From contig NC_087436.1 of NCBI RefSeq assembly GCF_036321535.1, forward strand, positions 35,900,001 to 35,964,000: DNA of 64,000 nucleotides, written 5' to 3'. Below the pieces are notes generated by a model. That model saw nothing but the letters and a program-made list of their open reading frames with translations, was not told where the DNA came from and did no database searches. Positions 1-13,700 of the stretch are shown here, piece by piece. The stretch comes from Camelus dromedarius (Eukaryota). How positions within the stretch are numbered: the first letter of the stretch is position 1; the number at the start of each line of letters is the position of its first letter. A program made the position numbers and the translations under genes.

Positions 1-2158
1 AATTAATCTCAAAATTTTGAATGCTTTCTAACCTAAGATCAAGAACAAGGTAAAAACTCACCACTTCTACCAAACATTGTAACAGAGGTACTAGCCTTTG
101 CAATAAGGCAAAACCAGGGCAGGGGGGATTTGGAGGAAGGAAGTATAGAACTTGCAAGAGTAAAAAGTAAAACTATCCTTATTTGCAGATGACATGATTG
201 CTTATGTAAAACTCCTAAGGAATCTACAAAACAGCAGCAAGATTACAGGAGACAGGTTTAATATTAGAAAAATTGTATCTTTATATATTCAGCAGCAATC
301 TAAACAGAAGAATGAAGTTAAAAAATCTACTTTATGGAAATACGTAAAAAACAAACAAAGGAATAAAATTAACAAAAGAATGCTTCATTAAAAACTACAG
401 AGCACTGTTGAGAGAAATTAAAGATCTATACAGAGATTAACCACATTCATTGGAAGATTCAATATTATTAAGATATTCATTCTTTCCAAATTTATCTACA
501 GTCTCAATGCAATTCCAATCAAAATTCCACAAAGACTTTAAAAAAAATGACAAACTGATTATAAAATGTATATAGAAATTCAAGTGACTGAGAATTATGA
601 AAGCAAATCAAAAAAGGAACAAAGTTGAAGGACTTAAACTACTTGGCCTCAAAATTTATAATCTTAAAGAAATAAGACTGTGATAAGTCTAGAAGATAGA
701 AATACAGATTTAAAAAACAGAATAAAGAGTCCTTATTGATTTTTATTTTTAAGGTATTCAATGAGGAAAGTAAAGTACTTTAAGAAATGATGCTTCAACA
801 ATGGAATATCATATTTTAAAAATGAACATTGACCCTTCCCTCACCCCATTCTCAAAAATCAACTTGAGATGGATCATAAATCTCAATGTAAGAGTTCAAA
901 CTATAAACTTCTAGAGGGAGTATAAGAGAAAAAAACTGATAAACCTGTCTTTTAAAAATTAAACCATTTTTCTCTTCTAAAAACTTCAAGGAAAAAAAGC
1001 AAGCCACAGACTGGGATAAAATACTCACAATGGGCAGGTATATTTGACAAAGAACTTGTATCCAAACACATAAAGACCCCCTAAAATTCAATGGTAAGAA
1101 AATAAACAACCCAGAAGAAAACAGGCAAAAGATCTGAACAGATCCAGACAAAGGAAACTATAAAGTTGGCAAGTAAGTAAATGTTGAGTAAAAAGATACT
1201 CAACATCATTGGCCATCAGATCAATGCAAATTTAAACCACAGTGAGATGTCATTATAGGGGAGGAGGGGATAGCTCAGTGGTAGAGCGCATGCCTAGTAT
1301 GCATGAGGCCCTGGATTCAATCCTCAGTACCTTCATATAAGCAAACAAACAAACCTAATTGACCCCAGCCCCCCAAAAATCCCCCACAAAAAACAAAAAA
1401 GAAAAGAGGTATCATTACATTCTCATAAGAATGACTAAAATTAAAGACACCAACAATAACAAAGACTGAACAAGGATTATAGAGTAACTAGAACTTATAC
1501 ACTGTTAATGGGAACATAAAATAGTACAATCAGTTTTCCAAAGTGGTTGAGTGGTTAAGAGACTGACAGTTTCTTAAAACGTTTAACATTCTCCACTACA
1601 ACAATCCAGTTATTCTACTCCTAGGTATTTATCTAAGAGAAACAAATACATAATCCATGCAGACTTATACATAGATGTTCATGGCAGCTTTATTCAAAAT
1701 AGCTCCAAACTGTAAATAATCCAAATGTCTACCAATTCATGAATGGATAGACAAAATACGTATTTACATATAATAGAGTATCACTTGGCAATTAAAAAAG
1801 AACTATTGATATACTCAATAACATGCATAAGTCTCAAACTTCTGTTGAGCTAACGAAACCAAACATTGAAAAGTACATACTATACAATTCCACTTATACA
1901 AAATACTTAAAAAATTTGGTCTAATCTGTAATTATAAAAAGTAGACAAGTGGTTGTTTGGAGTCTGGGGTAGAGGGAAAGATGGATTGCCAAGGAGCAAA
2001 AGGAACCTTTTAGGTTGACTGAAATGTTTTATTACACTTTGATTGTAGAGGAAGTTTCACAGGTTTACATATATATTTAAATTACTTGAATTGTACACTT
2101 CAAATTGGTGCAGTATATTGTATGTAAATTATAACTAAACTAAATAAAGTTGATTAAA
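1..2158 (+). mobile_element. Old LINE-1 (L1M-type) ORF2 3' half and 3'UTR, heavily degenerate, interrupted by a SINE
   Basis: Degenerate ORF2 motifs (tatttgcagatgacatgatt = F-A-D-D-M-I; aatgcaaatttaaaccacagtgaga) and an L1M-type 3' end (ttgaattgtacactt...tgtatgtaaattata...aataaagttgatt). Confidence 0.9.
1258..1405 (+). mobile_element. tRNA-derived SINE (tRNA-Ala-like head; resembles camelid Vic-1)
   Basis: Pol III A box tagctcagtgg and B box ggattcaatcc, A-rich tail, degenerate TSD gagatgtcattata (1244-1257) / gaggtatcattaca (1406-1419). Confidence 0.85.
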
Positions 2159-2223
2159 CTTGTACTTGTTAGGTTCTCAGTATTATAAATCAGTAAACTT
2201 AAGGGCATTAAGAGATGTTTTCA

Positions 2224-4455
2224 TACAGCCAGCATAGTACTCAACGGTGAAAAATTCAAAAGCTTCCCACTAAAATCTGGGACAAGACAAGGCTGTCCAC
2301 TATCACCACTCCTATTCAACATAGTCTTGGAAGTCCTAGCCACAGCAATCAAGCAAGAGAGAGAAATAAAAGGGATCCAAATTGGAAAAGAAGAGGTAAA
2401 AGTGTCACTATATGCTGATGACATGTTACCACGTATAGAAAACCCTAAAAGGTCCACACAAAAACTACTAGAGCTGATCAAAGAATTCAGCAAGGTAGCA
2501 GGTTACAAGATTAATGTTCAAAAATCAGTTGCATTTCTTTACACTAACAATGAATCAACAGAAAAAGAAAGTAAAGGAACAATCCCCTTTAAAATAGCAC
2601 CCAAAGTAATAAAATACCTAGGAGTAAATTTAACCAAGGAGGTGAAAGAATTATACACAGAAAATTATAAACCATTGATGAAGGAAATTAAAGAAGACTT
2701 AAAAAAAAAAAAAAGGAAAGATATCCCATGCTCCTGGACTGGAAGAATCAATATTGTTGAAAATGGTCACACTGCCCAAGGCAATCTACAGATTTAATGC
2801 AATCCCTATAAAATTACCCAGGACATATTTCACAGAACTAGAAAAAATCATAATAAAATTTATATGGAACCACAAAAGACTTAGAATTGCCAAAGCATTA
2901 CTGAAGAGAAAGAAAGAGGCTGGAGGAATAACTCTCCCAGACTTCAGACAATACTATAGAGCTACAGTAATCAAAACAGCATAGTATTGGTACAAAAGCA
3001 GACATATAGACCAATGGAACAGAATTGAGAGTCCAGAAATGAACCCATAAACTTTTGGTCAACTGATCTTCAACAAAGGAGGCAAGAATATACAATGGAA
3101 TAAGGACAGTCTCTTCAGCAAATGGTGTTGGGAAAACTGGACAGCAGCATGTAAATCAATAAAGCTAGAACACTCCCTTACACCATACACAAAAATCAAC
3201 TCAAAATGGATCAAAGACTTAAACATGAGACAAGACCCAATAAACCTCCTAGAAGAAAAGATAGGCAAAATATTATCTGACATACATCTCAAAAATGTTC
3301 TCCTAGGACAGTCTACCCAAGCAATAGAAATAAAAGCAAGAATAAACAAATGGGACCTAGTGAAACTTACAAGCTTCTGCACAGCAAAGGAAACCATAAG
3401 TAAAACAAAAAGACAACCTACAGAATGGGAGAAAATTTTTGCAAATGAAACCGACAAAGGCTTGATCTCCAGAATATATAAGCAGCTCATACAACTTAAT
3501 AAGAAAAAAACAAACAACCCAATCCAAAAATGGGCCAAAGACCAAAACAAGCAATTCTCCAAGGAAGAAATACAAATGATAAATAGGCACATGAAAAAAA
3601 TGCTCCATATTACTAATTATCAGAGAAATGCAAATCAAAACTACAATGAGGTATCACCTCACACCAGTCACAATGGCCATCATTCAAAAGTCCACAAATG
3701 ACAAATGCTGGAGAGGCTGTGGAGAAAAGACCCTCCTACACTGCTGGTGGGAATGCAGTTTGGTGCAGCCACTGTGGAAAACAGTATGGAGATTCCTCAA
3801 AAGACTAGGAATAGACTTACCACATGACCCAGGAATCCCGCTCCTGGGCATATATCCAGAAGGAATCCTACCTCAAAATGACACCTGCACCCCAATGTTC
3901 ATAGCAGCATTATTTACAATAGCCAAGACATGGAAACAGCCTAAATGTCCATCAACAGATGACTGGATAAAGATGTGGTATATTTATACAATGGAATAGT
4001 ATTCAGCCATAAAAACTGACAACATAATACCATTTGCAGCAACATGGATGTTCCTGGAGAATATCATTCTAAGTGAAGTAAGCCAGAAAGAGAAAGAAAA
4101 ATACCCTATGATATCACTTATATGTGGAATCTAAAAAACAAACAAACAAACAAAAAAACAAAGCATAAATACAAAACAGAAAGACTCACAGGCATAGAAT
4201 ACAAACTTGTGGTTGCCAAGGGGGCGGGGGGTGGGAAGGGACAGACTGGGATTTCAAAATGTAGAATAGATAAACAAGATTATACTGTATAGCACAGGGA
4301 AATAAATACAAGATCTTATGGTAGCTCACAGCAAAAAAAAAAAAATGTGACAATGAATATGTGTATGTTCATGTATAACTGAAAAATTGCGCTCTACACT
4401 GAAATTTGACACAACATTGTAAAATGACTATAACTCAATAAAAAATGTTAAAAAA
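2224..4455 (+). mobile_element. Young 5'-truncated LINE-1 (ORF2 RT/C-terminus, 3'UTR, A tail), frameshifted
   Basis: ORF track shows VSLYADDML (RT catalytic motif), [16 protein letters not shown] and [13 protein letters not shown]...CWWEC. Perfect 14-bp TSD AAGAGATGTTTTCA at 2210-2223 and 4456-4469, at a TT/AAGA endonuclease-type site. Confidence 0.97.
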
Positions 4456-5369
4456 AAGAGATGTTTTCAGATCTTTTCTGTTTGGAAAGATTATCCTTTT
4501 CAACTATGCAGTTTGGGAAAAGTCACATAAGTGGTCACTAAGAGAAAGAATACTTACTTAGCAAGCTATAACAGATCAATTTCTATGAGTTGGTCATGAA
4601 TATGGATGACAAGTATCACAACCATTTCAATCCCATAGTTAGCTCTCCTTTTTTTTTTTTTTTAAAAAACTATCTTATATTTATGTTTAGAGTTTCAAAT
4701 AGATTGTTAAAAATCATGGAATCAGTATCGTCACATCTCATATCAATGTTTCATAAAATACTCAGGTAAATGTTACCAGATGGAAAAAAGGGTTTTCTTG
4801 TTTAAGTTTAGAAGTCCTGGGTAGAAATAAAAATTGAACAGGTTTCTAAATTTAGGAATTTCTGAAGCCTATACTAATGGGTATTAAAAATCTCCAAGAG
4901 AAAGCTGCAGTAGTATATAGGAATTCTGTCTCAAATTCTAACCATGAAACATCTCAAAAGCTAATATGACATTTCCACTTTGGAAAATGCTGCTATATAC
5001 TTTTTTTGCACACATCACAACACCTAGAACATGGTACATGTTTACCAAATATCTATTAATTCTTAAGTCACATATAAATCAGCAAGCAAATAGTCAATCA
5101 ACAAACACACAGTAAATAGTGCCTTTGTTTAAAAATGAAGTCTTTAATTATTTTCGGAATATTCCCCACATTTAACGTTAATTCATTAGGTAGAAATGAT
5201 GCATGATCAGCTTCCCTGAACTATACTTTATCATAGAATTCAAAACTGCATTTCAATCATGGGGATCATTTCTTCCCACGTAAAACAAATACATACAGGA
5301 TTGAGAAAATTAGGACGATACCAGTAAACATGGTTTTTCAAATTATTGAAAATGTTATCTAAGATGAGT

Positions 5370-5560
5370 AGCACTAATATTTATATAGCCCTTAAGAATC
5401 TATAAAGCAATTTTCACATAGTGTATTTCATTTAATATTACTCTAAATCCTGTGAAATAGAGATTGTTATACACACATTAAGAAAAAGAATACGAGGCCC
5501 AAGATCATACAGTAAATGGCAGAAACTGAACTGAAAGCAGGGGGTTTCTGCATGTTAAAT
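5370..5560 (-). mobile_element. MIR SINE remnant
   Basis: tcatttaat...cctgtgaaatag...cccaagatcatacagtaaatggcagaa matches the reverse MIR core. Confidence 0.65.
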
Positions 5561-5675
5561 CAGACCTTTTTTACTTTACTATCCTGCCAGTACAATATGA
5601 TACTCAGCATAAATGGATAAAGGAAAAAAAATTTCTTGATCTGAAGTATAACATTGATAACAAAATAAATTTAAA

Positions 5676-5755
5676 TCATTCTTTCATCAAAACAATTATT
5701 ACACACCTACTATGTGCCAGGCTCTGTTTTAGTTGCTATGGATATAGCTGTGAAT
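5676..5755 (-). mobile_element. L2 3' end remnant
   Basis: tcattctttcatcaa...cacctactatgtgccaggc...ggatatagctgtgaa. Confidence 0.75.
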
Positions 5756-7279
5756 GGATTGGTTATTTTTTTAAGGCTGAAGTTATCCTTTTCACCTTTC
5801 TGGGAAAAGTAACTGTAGGCTATTTTAAAATTTCCTTTCTAAAAGTTGAAAGAACACAGTAAAGGATACAGAGCAGACACGTCATCTAAGTCACTGGAAC
5901 AGCACTCAGCGTGCATCTGTGCCCTCCCCCTCCATCCCTCCGCCACAGTTGTAGCTATCCCGGGGGCCCTGCAGGTTGAGCACACTTCAGTGACTGTAAC
6001 ATTGTCTGGGCCAACAGCCAGCTAGGCTTTTTCTGGCCTGATTTTGTCAGTGAAAGTTAGCTCAAAAAAAGGTAGGAAAGAGCTTTCCTTCCTGTAAAAT
6101 CCTGAATGAGTTAACACCCTTCCTAGAATTTCTTTAAAAATACTGTTCTGCCATATTAGGGTGGAAGAATGTATTCTGAATGATGGCATGTTCTGTTATT
6201 TTAAGATCACTATATGACAACTCTCAATGAAGAAACAAGCCCAGGCTTCCTAATACTTTGAACCCTTCAGACCTCAAGGTCATGGACACTGCAGTCTTAC
6301 ATGAACTCTATTAAAAAAAATCATAAGGCAAACTGCCTTTTCAGGAGGACTGATTCAAGACCTTGGGCAAGTCTCCATTACCTCTAACAGCATCAGTTTC
6401 CTCATATGTGAAAATAATGGTGGCTCTTTAATCAGAGAGGAGGCCCATGTGCTTCTGACAAGAATCCCCTTCAAAATACACAAGATGAGAAAACATTCCC
6501 ACACAGTGCTGTAAATAATTCCACTGAGTTCAAGTGAAATCTGCATGTGCACCCTAGACTAAGAATCTAATAAGATGACCTTTAAATGGGACTTTCAGAC
6601 CCAATTCCACATTATTAGCATACCCAAGGCAATGCCCACCACTTACATGACATGGTCTTTACCAAAAATGTGTTATTACTATTTTAGCAATTACACTACT
6701 TAATTAAACTACTACTACTATCTTGTCTTCTTCTGATCTTTACAAAATGAACTCAACAGCATTTCTGGTATCTCATACTAAGGATTCTTACTGATCCAAC
6801 CCTATACCACAGTAACACAGCTATCTTTTCTTTTTTATAAATTCTGAAGTTCAACACTTGTAATTTCATACTCTATCAATGTCAAAATCTAACTTAATTA
6901 GCACAGAAGTACTTGTTCAGAGCAAAGCATTGAAATAGACACTTTGAAAAATCACATTCTACTGGACCCCACTCACTTAAAATGATCAACAAGGGTGTGT
7001 ATGTGAGTGTAGCAAACACTTTCTTCTATAAAGAAAAGCAGCACTGAGCCTCTACATTTTACTGTAATGAAAACATATCAGTATGTCATGATTCATGGAG
7101 AGAAAAGTTCTAGAAACTGGAGAGGTAGATCCTTGGTAACAGCTCTGATTTATTTCAAAGATACCTTAGACTTATTCTAGGCATCTTTCTCTCCCTCTAA
7201 ATTCAACCAATTAATAGGCATGGCTAATGTTACCTCTTAAATCTTTCTTGAAACTTCTACTTCTACCTCATCTTCTTTA

Positions 7280-8270
7280 TTGAATATTTGTGTGCTTGTT
7301 TACTGTCTGTATTTCCCAACAGATTATAGGCAGTATGTAATAGCAGGTATTATATTCTTTTATTCAATACTGTAAACTCAGCAATAACACATTGAAGACA
7401 TTCAATACATGTTTACCTGATGAAGCCAAGCCAACATAATCTTTTGTCTAGAATGTCGTTAACTACCTTTCTGGTTGTTTTTCTGCCTGCAGTCTTATTC
7501 TCTCCTTCTTCTCCATCTATCTACATCACTGCCAAAGCAATCGTTCTAACTGCAAATATTGTAATTTTCTCTTTTCTAATCATTTAATGGTACCTCAAGG
7601 GAAAAAGTCAAACTCAGGCACAGTATTTCAGGCTTCTAATTTTGGTGTAATTTACCTGCAGCTACTTTTCCTTTCTCATCCTGTGGCTGTAAGAGCATCT
7701 AAGTACTCACAGTTAGCCAAACTCCATGCTGCTTTCTGCATCTTTGCCCTCACATATACTTCTCTCTCTGCTCTAAATGACATTTCATCCTAGTCCATCA
7801 GGCAAGCTCCAGCTCGTATTCAAGTTTCAGCTTAAAAATCTTCTTTTTTTATACAGCCTTCTGTGACTCTTCTGAGTACTGTGTAACTTATAATTTGGCA
7901 TACAAGTTAAAAGTGAGGGCAAAAAAAAAAATCAGCCTACCTGGGTTAAAATTCTAGCTCCAACATTTATTAGCTGTGTGTTTAGACAAATCATTTAAAC
8001 CTCTTGGTACTTTAAAATCCTTAACAGTTAGTATCTACTCAGAGGATGATTGTATGAATTGCATGATAAAATTTACATATCAGCACAGTGCTTGGCGCAT
8101 GGTGTGTATGCCTCAATTTGGATGCTATTATCATTGTTACTGTTCCTGCATAATTATTCCAGGTACTTGACTGTGTTCCTTGAATATAGGGAATGCTACT
8201 TATCTTTGGATCCTAATACTTGGCACATGGTAGACATTAATGTTCTCTGAATGAATGAAAGAATGAATGT
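7280..8270 (+). mobile_element. L2 fragments with an embedded MIR (about 7900-8130)
   Basis: L2-type segments ending tgaatgaatgaaagaatgaatg. MIR core acctgggttaaaattctagctc...tagctgtgtg...cacagtgcttggcgcatggt. Confidence 0.65.
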
Positions 8271-8617
8271 TCTAAAACCATGAAATTAGAATAATGATAG
8301 ACAAGTCAGTTTAAAATACAGATTCTTGATTTATATTTCTAAATCTCATTGTTTAAAAAGGACTGCTATTTAACAATTCTCTACTTGCCTCTTTCTCACC
8401 CTGCATCTTATCATAGCCTCTGAAATGGTCAATTCATAGCCTTTTGAAATAGAGAAAGGGAAGTTACAGAAATGCTTGCTCTCTTCAATAGGAATTTGAC
8501 AAAGGAATCACTAAAGAGAGGAGGTCCTAGAGCATGCCTGCGTTTATTAAATCTTTTCATGTTGTTGATCCACATTATTCAGCTTAGAGATGAACACAGC
8601 TGAATTCTGGAAATGTG

Positions 8618-9357
8618 TTTTTTTTTTTTTTTTTTTGCATTGTTTGATTTTCACTTCTCTAACCATTAGCAATGTTGAGCATCTTTTCATGTGCCTGTTG
8701 GCTATCTGTACATCTTCTTTGGAAAAATGTATATTCAGGTCTTCTGCCCATTTCTTGATTGGGCTGTTTGTTTGTTTGTTTCATTATTGAGTTGTATGAG
8801 CTGTTTGTATATCCTGGAAACTAAGCCCTTGTCAATCGCATCATTTTCCCATATTGTCTCCCATTCTGTAGGTTGTCTGTCTTTTCATTTTGTTTATGGT
8901 TTTCTTTGCTGTGCAAAAACTCTTCAGTTTGATTAGGTTCCATCTGTTTTACTTTTGCTTTTCTTTCTTTTGCCTTGGGAGCATGATCTAAGAAAATATT
9001 GCCATAATTTATGTCAGAGAATGCTTTGCTTATGTTCTCTTCCAGGAGTTTTATAGTGTCATGTCTTATATTTCGGTCTTTAAATCATTCTGAGTTTATT
9101 TTTGTATATGGTGTGAGTGAGTGTTCTAATTTCATAGACATGTGGCTGTCCAGCTTTTCCAATACTACTTGTTGAAGAGACTGCCTTTTTTCCACTGTAT
9201 ATTCTTGCCTCCTTCATTGTGGATTAATTGACCATAGGTGTGTGGGTTTATTTTTGGGCTCTTTATTCTGTTCCATTGATCTGTATGTTTGTTTTGTGCC
9301 AATACCACACTGTTTTGATCACTGTAGCTTTGTAGTGTTGTCTGAACTCTAGGAGGG
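8618..9357 (-). mobile_element. LINE-1 ORF2 internal fragment ending in a T19 run (poly(A) on the minus strand)
   Basis: Typical antisense-L1 ORF shadow ([32 protein letters not shown]). T-run at 8618-8636 abuts ORF2 sequence. Confidence 0.92.
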
Positions 9358-11818
9358 TTCTAAATGTTTCAGGAATACAATTTCCAACTGAGCAACTTTT
9401 CTGTGCAAAGCACTATGAGCAATACAGAGCAGCATATGACTTGGTACTAACCTTTAAGAAATTACACTTTAAAAGTGAAGAAAAGTCAACATACAAAGAG
9501 CTAAATGCAGTAAGTTTTAATCAATGGGCTAAAACAGTAGTAAAAAATATGAAAAATACACAAGTAAGTGCTAATTTAATAATTTAAGGATGAAGTGAGA
9601 ATCAAATTGCAACTTGACAGATGCTGTGATACTAAAAGCCAATCATTTAATGAGATAAAACCAACAATATTTACCTAATGAATATATAAAACATTTTAGA
9701 AAGGCAGAAATAGTTAAGAGAGTAATGTGTTAGAGATCAAGGTCAGTTACACTAAAAAAAAGCAGTAGATCTGTTAAACCAAGGAAATCAATTTTCATAA
9801 TCCTCTCTTACAGTTTTTTAGCTTAGTAAACCTTTTCATAAGAAATAATTTGATATCCTTTAATTTTATACTATGACTAAGTAGTAATGATATATATCTT
9901 TACTACACACAACATCCTTTAAATAAACTTTTTTTGAGACGGGTATATTTGAAACCATGGAGAGCATCATCTATGGGGGAAAGAAAATATTTCTGAAAAA
10001 GCCGAGGAAATACAAGTTTTATTTGTATTTTTAAAACATAAAATCATTATTAGTGTAGTTATAGTGATTGCAACTGGTTCAGAAAATGGAAAATGAGAAG
10101 TTTCAAATTTCCTTAAAAAATCTAGAATCGTTACCCTGATCCAAATGAGATGAGTCTTAAATGACAAACAGGAGAAATTCACCAGGTTGAGAAAGTGGGA
10201 AAAGGTAGAGTACACACTATGTACAAAGAATTAAAGGTACAGTGATGTACAAATCATTCCTGGGAGGGCAAAAGGTTTACTGTGGCCACAGTGTGAGGCA
10301 GACCTTCCCACCAGTTGCACCAGGAACGGATTAGGTGTGCTTAGAATATTGCTTCCTTCAGCTCTCAGGAGGGCCAGGAGCCCAGAGAAGCCAGAGGCTC
10401 TAGGCAGACAGTGACTTTGTCTGGTTATTATTACCATGTGTGATATGTTATGGAAAAGTCTGGGGAGCACAGGTGGAGGATTCTCAGAAACACAGGAATA
10501 CAGAGATAGATGAAGCAAAAAACAAAAAACAAGCAAACAAACAAAAAACTCCACAGGTATGATTATATTACATAAGGTGAGTAATGCCAAGGACTTTGGT
10601 TTTTATCTCATCATAGTCCATAGGAAAGTGTGAAAGGTTTTTAATTAGGTAAGAACAGACTCAATTTTCTGTTTAAGAAAGTAAATAATTCTGGCAGCAG
10701 TGTTGGGGTAGCACAGGAACGAAGCGCAGCTTCCAGTTAGGAAGCAAATACAATCTAGAGGTCTTAAATTAGAACAAGAATAATAATAGAGGGAGTGAAC
10801 CTGGGAAGGACAATTTAAGAGATATCTTTGAAGTAGAACTGCCTGAAGTTTTCAACTTATTATTAGACATTTCCCCCTTTTGACAATGCCTCTCCATTCT
10901 GCAAAGAAAGATAAAGATAAAGCAAGATTTCTTTTATACAGATTTGTACCTGTATTTGTATCCTGTAGAGAGAATAATACTTCCCAAATTAAAATCTGGA
11001 TCTTACGATATGTTACAACTTCATTTTTCAACTGATAGAAATGCTTTTTAAATATTTCAATTCATATTATAGCTATTTAAGATATTCAGTTACTCCTAGA
11101 GTTGACGGAGTTTTTACTGTTCAGTTTGAGACTTCACAGAGCAGTTCAATTCCACAAACACTTGTGAGTATCTGCTATGTGCCAGGCACAGGATTAGATG
11201 CTAGGGATACAATGTTCTTTGTTCTTTGAAAAATAATTCTTCTGAAAAGGATTTTTATATGACAACATCTGAGCATGTGTTTGTATTAAAACAAATCAAT
11301 CAGTCTGTAGGCTATCTGTCTAATGCTGGGCTTGCTCAGTTCTGTAGAAACCCGTAGCACTGTGCAAGAAAAGACTTGACCCATTTGACAGCAGGTGTTT
11401 AGGAAGAATGTACCACAGTAATTCGTAGTACTGGATGATGAGCACAAAAGAGTTAAGAAAACAGAACAAAAACAATTCAATACACACACACAATTCTAGT
11501 AGAATGATATACTCTTCATGTACTTCTATTAAAGAGTCCTTTTACAAAGTCAAAATACCATTTATTGAGAACTAATTCTAATTTTTCCTCTTATAAAAAA
11601 ATGAATCTGCTTTTTGATACACTACAGAAGAAAACAAAACAGTGCAATTAATCTTTCAAATATCTATCTAAAATGCACTCTTTTAAAAGTTCTCCATAAG
11701 GTCAAAAAGCTGACAGTGGGGACACCTTCCTTACATGTAAACATTGATTTTAATAATAGTTAAATATAAATAAACACATAGGTTGTCAATAAGCAACAGT
11801 GGTGACAGGTGGTAGTCC

Positions 11819-11832
11819 GGGGGGGGGGGGGG
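11819..11832 (+). repeat. G14 mononucleotide run
   Basis: Direct count of consecutive G. Confidence 0.95.
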
Positions 11833-11879
11833 ATGATCTGTCCCCTGCTTGTTTCTCCAGCATCAGCTTCCATCATTTG

Positions 11880-12160
11880 ACCCCTCCTTGCCCTTTGTTT
11901 TCTACAATACTGAACTCCTTGTAGTTCCCTGAAAATAGCACATCCCTCACACCTCTGTATGCGCTGATCTCTCTGAACAGTCCTCCCCATCCTTATGCAC
12001 GTACTCCACGTGAATTCTAGTTCTTCCTTCAAATCACTTCTACATACACAATGAAACATTTTCTTCTCTATATTACACCCAAACATTGTTAACATGTCTG
12101 TTGCATATATGTTTACATACCCTAATGCCCCCACTGGACTGTAAGGTATTCAAGGGACAC
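11880..12160 (+). mobile_element. L2 remnant
   Basis: tactgaactccttgtagttccctgaa...ttcttccttcaaatc...cactggactgtaaggtattcaagggaca. Confidence 0.55.
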
Positions 12161-13126
12161 ATTTTTCCAAATTAAAAAGTTTGTCAAAATGTACGGTGAT
12201 CTACCTGCAGATACCTATCAGATGCAGAAGCACACATATAAGAAATTTCAGGTGGTACAAACTGCTAAGGATATTTTCTGGATAGCTGGAGTATTGAATC
12301 CAATACATATAAACCATTTTTTAAAACTTAAAATAGAAATCTTCTAATATATACTATGTACAATGAATGATGTAGAAAATGTAAACGAACCTTTTCTTGT
12401 TGACTCAAACTTTTCCCCCCACCATGATTACACATTATTCTGTACTAAAGGTAGCCATCAAGGATAGAGATGCAGCATGACAGATTTATACAGTGTGACT
12501 TGAATAGTCACCCCAGGATTGATGGGTACTGCAATGTAGCACTACAGAGCTATACACACTGCCTCCCTGCTTGCACCTGCAAGGTCCATGATTGTTCTAT
12601 AGCCATGGAGCTGAACAACACTGTTACCCTACTGCCCACCCCAAACAGAATGATCATTTCTCTTTTCTACTTCTGCCAACATCCCAATTTTTTTAAGGTA
12701 CAAAATACAAAGGTATAGGAAGATATTTCTTATCAATCCCACCATCTGAGAGTGCAGGACTGTTTCATCCTTTTCTTTGCCTTCCTCCCATCCCCCGCCC
12801 CAAACTCTTAGGCTGATCCTAGCCTACTTCTGAGCTCTGTGACCATCAGTACTGCATCTGCTTTATCTGCTTTGGCTGTTGAGTGCATCTTTCTTCTTCT
12901 TAGTACCCAATGCCTTTTTGTTTTGATATTATCTTTGATAATACATACTGCAAGGTCTTTCTTTTCTTTAACTATTTCATAATTCAAAAATCTGGTTCTA
13001 TTATGTACTAATTGAATTTTAATACAATAGTTTTCAACCCTCATGTCAAACAACCAAAACTACCTGAGAGATAGAACACAGTCCAACAGTGGCTCAGTGA
13101 GGCATGTTGAGGACCATGTACCAATG

Positions 13127-13335
13127 TGGAGTTTGGCAAACTATAGCCCATGGGCTAAATCTGTACTACCACTTGTTTTTATAAACAAAGTTGCATTGGA
13201 ACACAGCCATATTCAGTCATTTAGCTGCTTCCACTCTAGGACAGCAAAGTTGAGTAGCTTCAACTGATAATATAACCTGAAAGACTTAAAGTATTTACTA
13301 TCTGGTCCTTCACAGAAAAAGTTTCCAAATCCCTT
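13127..13335 (+). mobile_element. hAT-Charlie MITE, MER58A-like
   Basis: ttggcaaactatagcccatgggctaaatctg...ttggaacacagccat...tatttactatctggtccttcacagaaaaagttt. Confidence 0.85.
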
Positions 13336-13337
13336 AC

Positions 13338-13510
13338 AATGTGGTTCTTAATCTTCGTTGTGCATCACAATCACCTGGTAAACTTTTAAAAAGTAGGTTT
13401 CCTTGGACTCCTTCCTCTAGAGATTTTTATTCAATCAGTCCAGGTCCATGCAAATAATTTTTCCAAAGATCTTGAAGTAATTCCAATGTGCAGTCAGAGT
13501 TAAACCACTG
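13338..13510 (+). mobile_element. hAT-Charlie MITE, MER5-like
   Basis: gtggttcttaatctt...gcatcacaatcacctgg...aatgtgcagtcagagttaaaccactg with degenerate terminal inverted repeats. Confidence 0.75.
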
Positions 13511-13514
13511 TTCA

Positions 13515-13700
13515 GGTGGTTTATCATTTCATAAACCCCAGTGTGCACAGGAATCATTGACTCATTTGCTAATCTAGAATTTACGTTCCATTTGGATATA
13601 TTAGGTCTGGAGGGAGAGGTCAGATTCTGCATGCTTAATAAGTATGCCAGCTGAGTCTGATGCAGGGAGTCCCGTGACTAGACTTGGAGAGATACGGCTT
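13515..13700 (+). mobile_element. hAT-Charlie MITE, MER5A1-like
   Basis: ggaatca...taggtctggaggg...ttctgcatgcttaataagtatgccagctgagtctgatgcagg. Confidence 0.6.

Noticed and set aside
1258..1331. tRNA-Ala gene
   Set aside because: It has an A-rich tail and TSD, sits inside an L1, has stem mismatches, and a second diverged copy lies at 42221; it is a SINE.
3059..3592. Hydrophobic minus-strand ORFs (also 8590-8936, 44026-44448, 52853-53273) as membrane proteins
   Set aside because: They are antisense translations of A-rich L1 ORF2/3'UTR sequence.
2327..3999. Functional reverse transcriptase gene or novel RT system
   Set aside because: Frameshifted, 5'-truncated LINE-1 ORF2 with TSD and poly(A).
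12808..13053. 81-aa minus ORF with a basic patch
   Set aside because: No recognised family, and no splice or promoter context.
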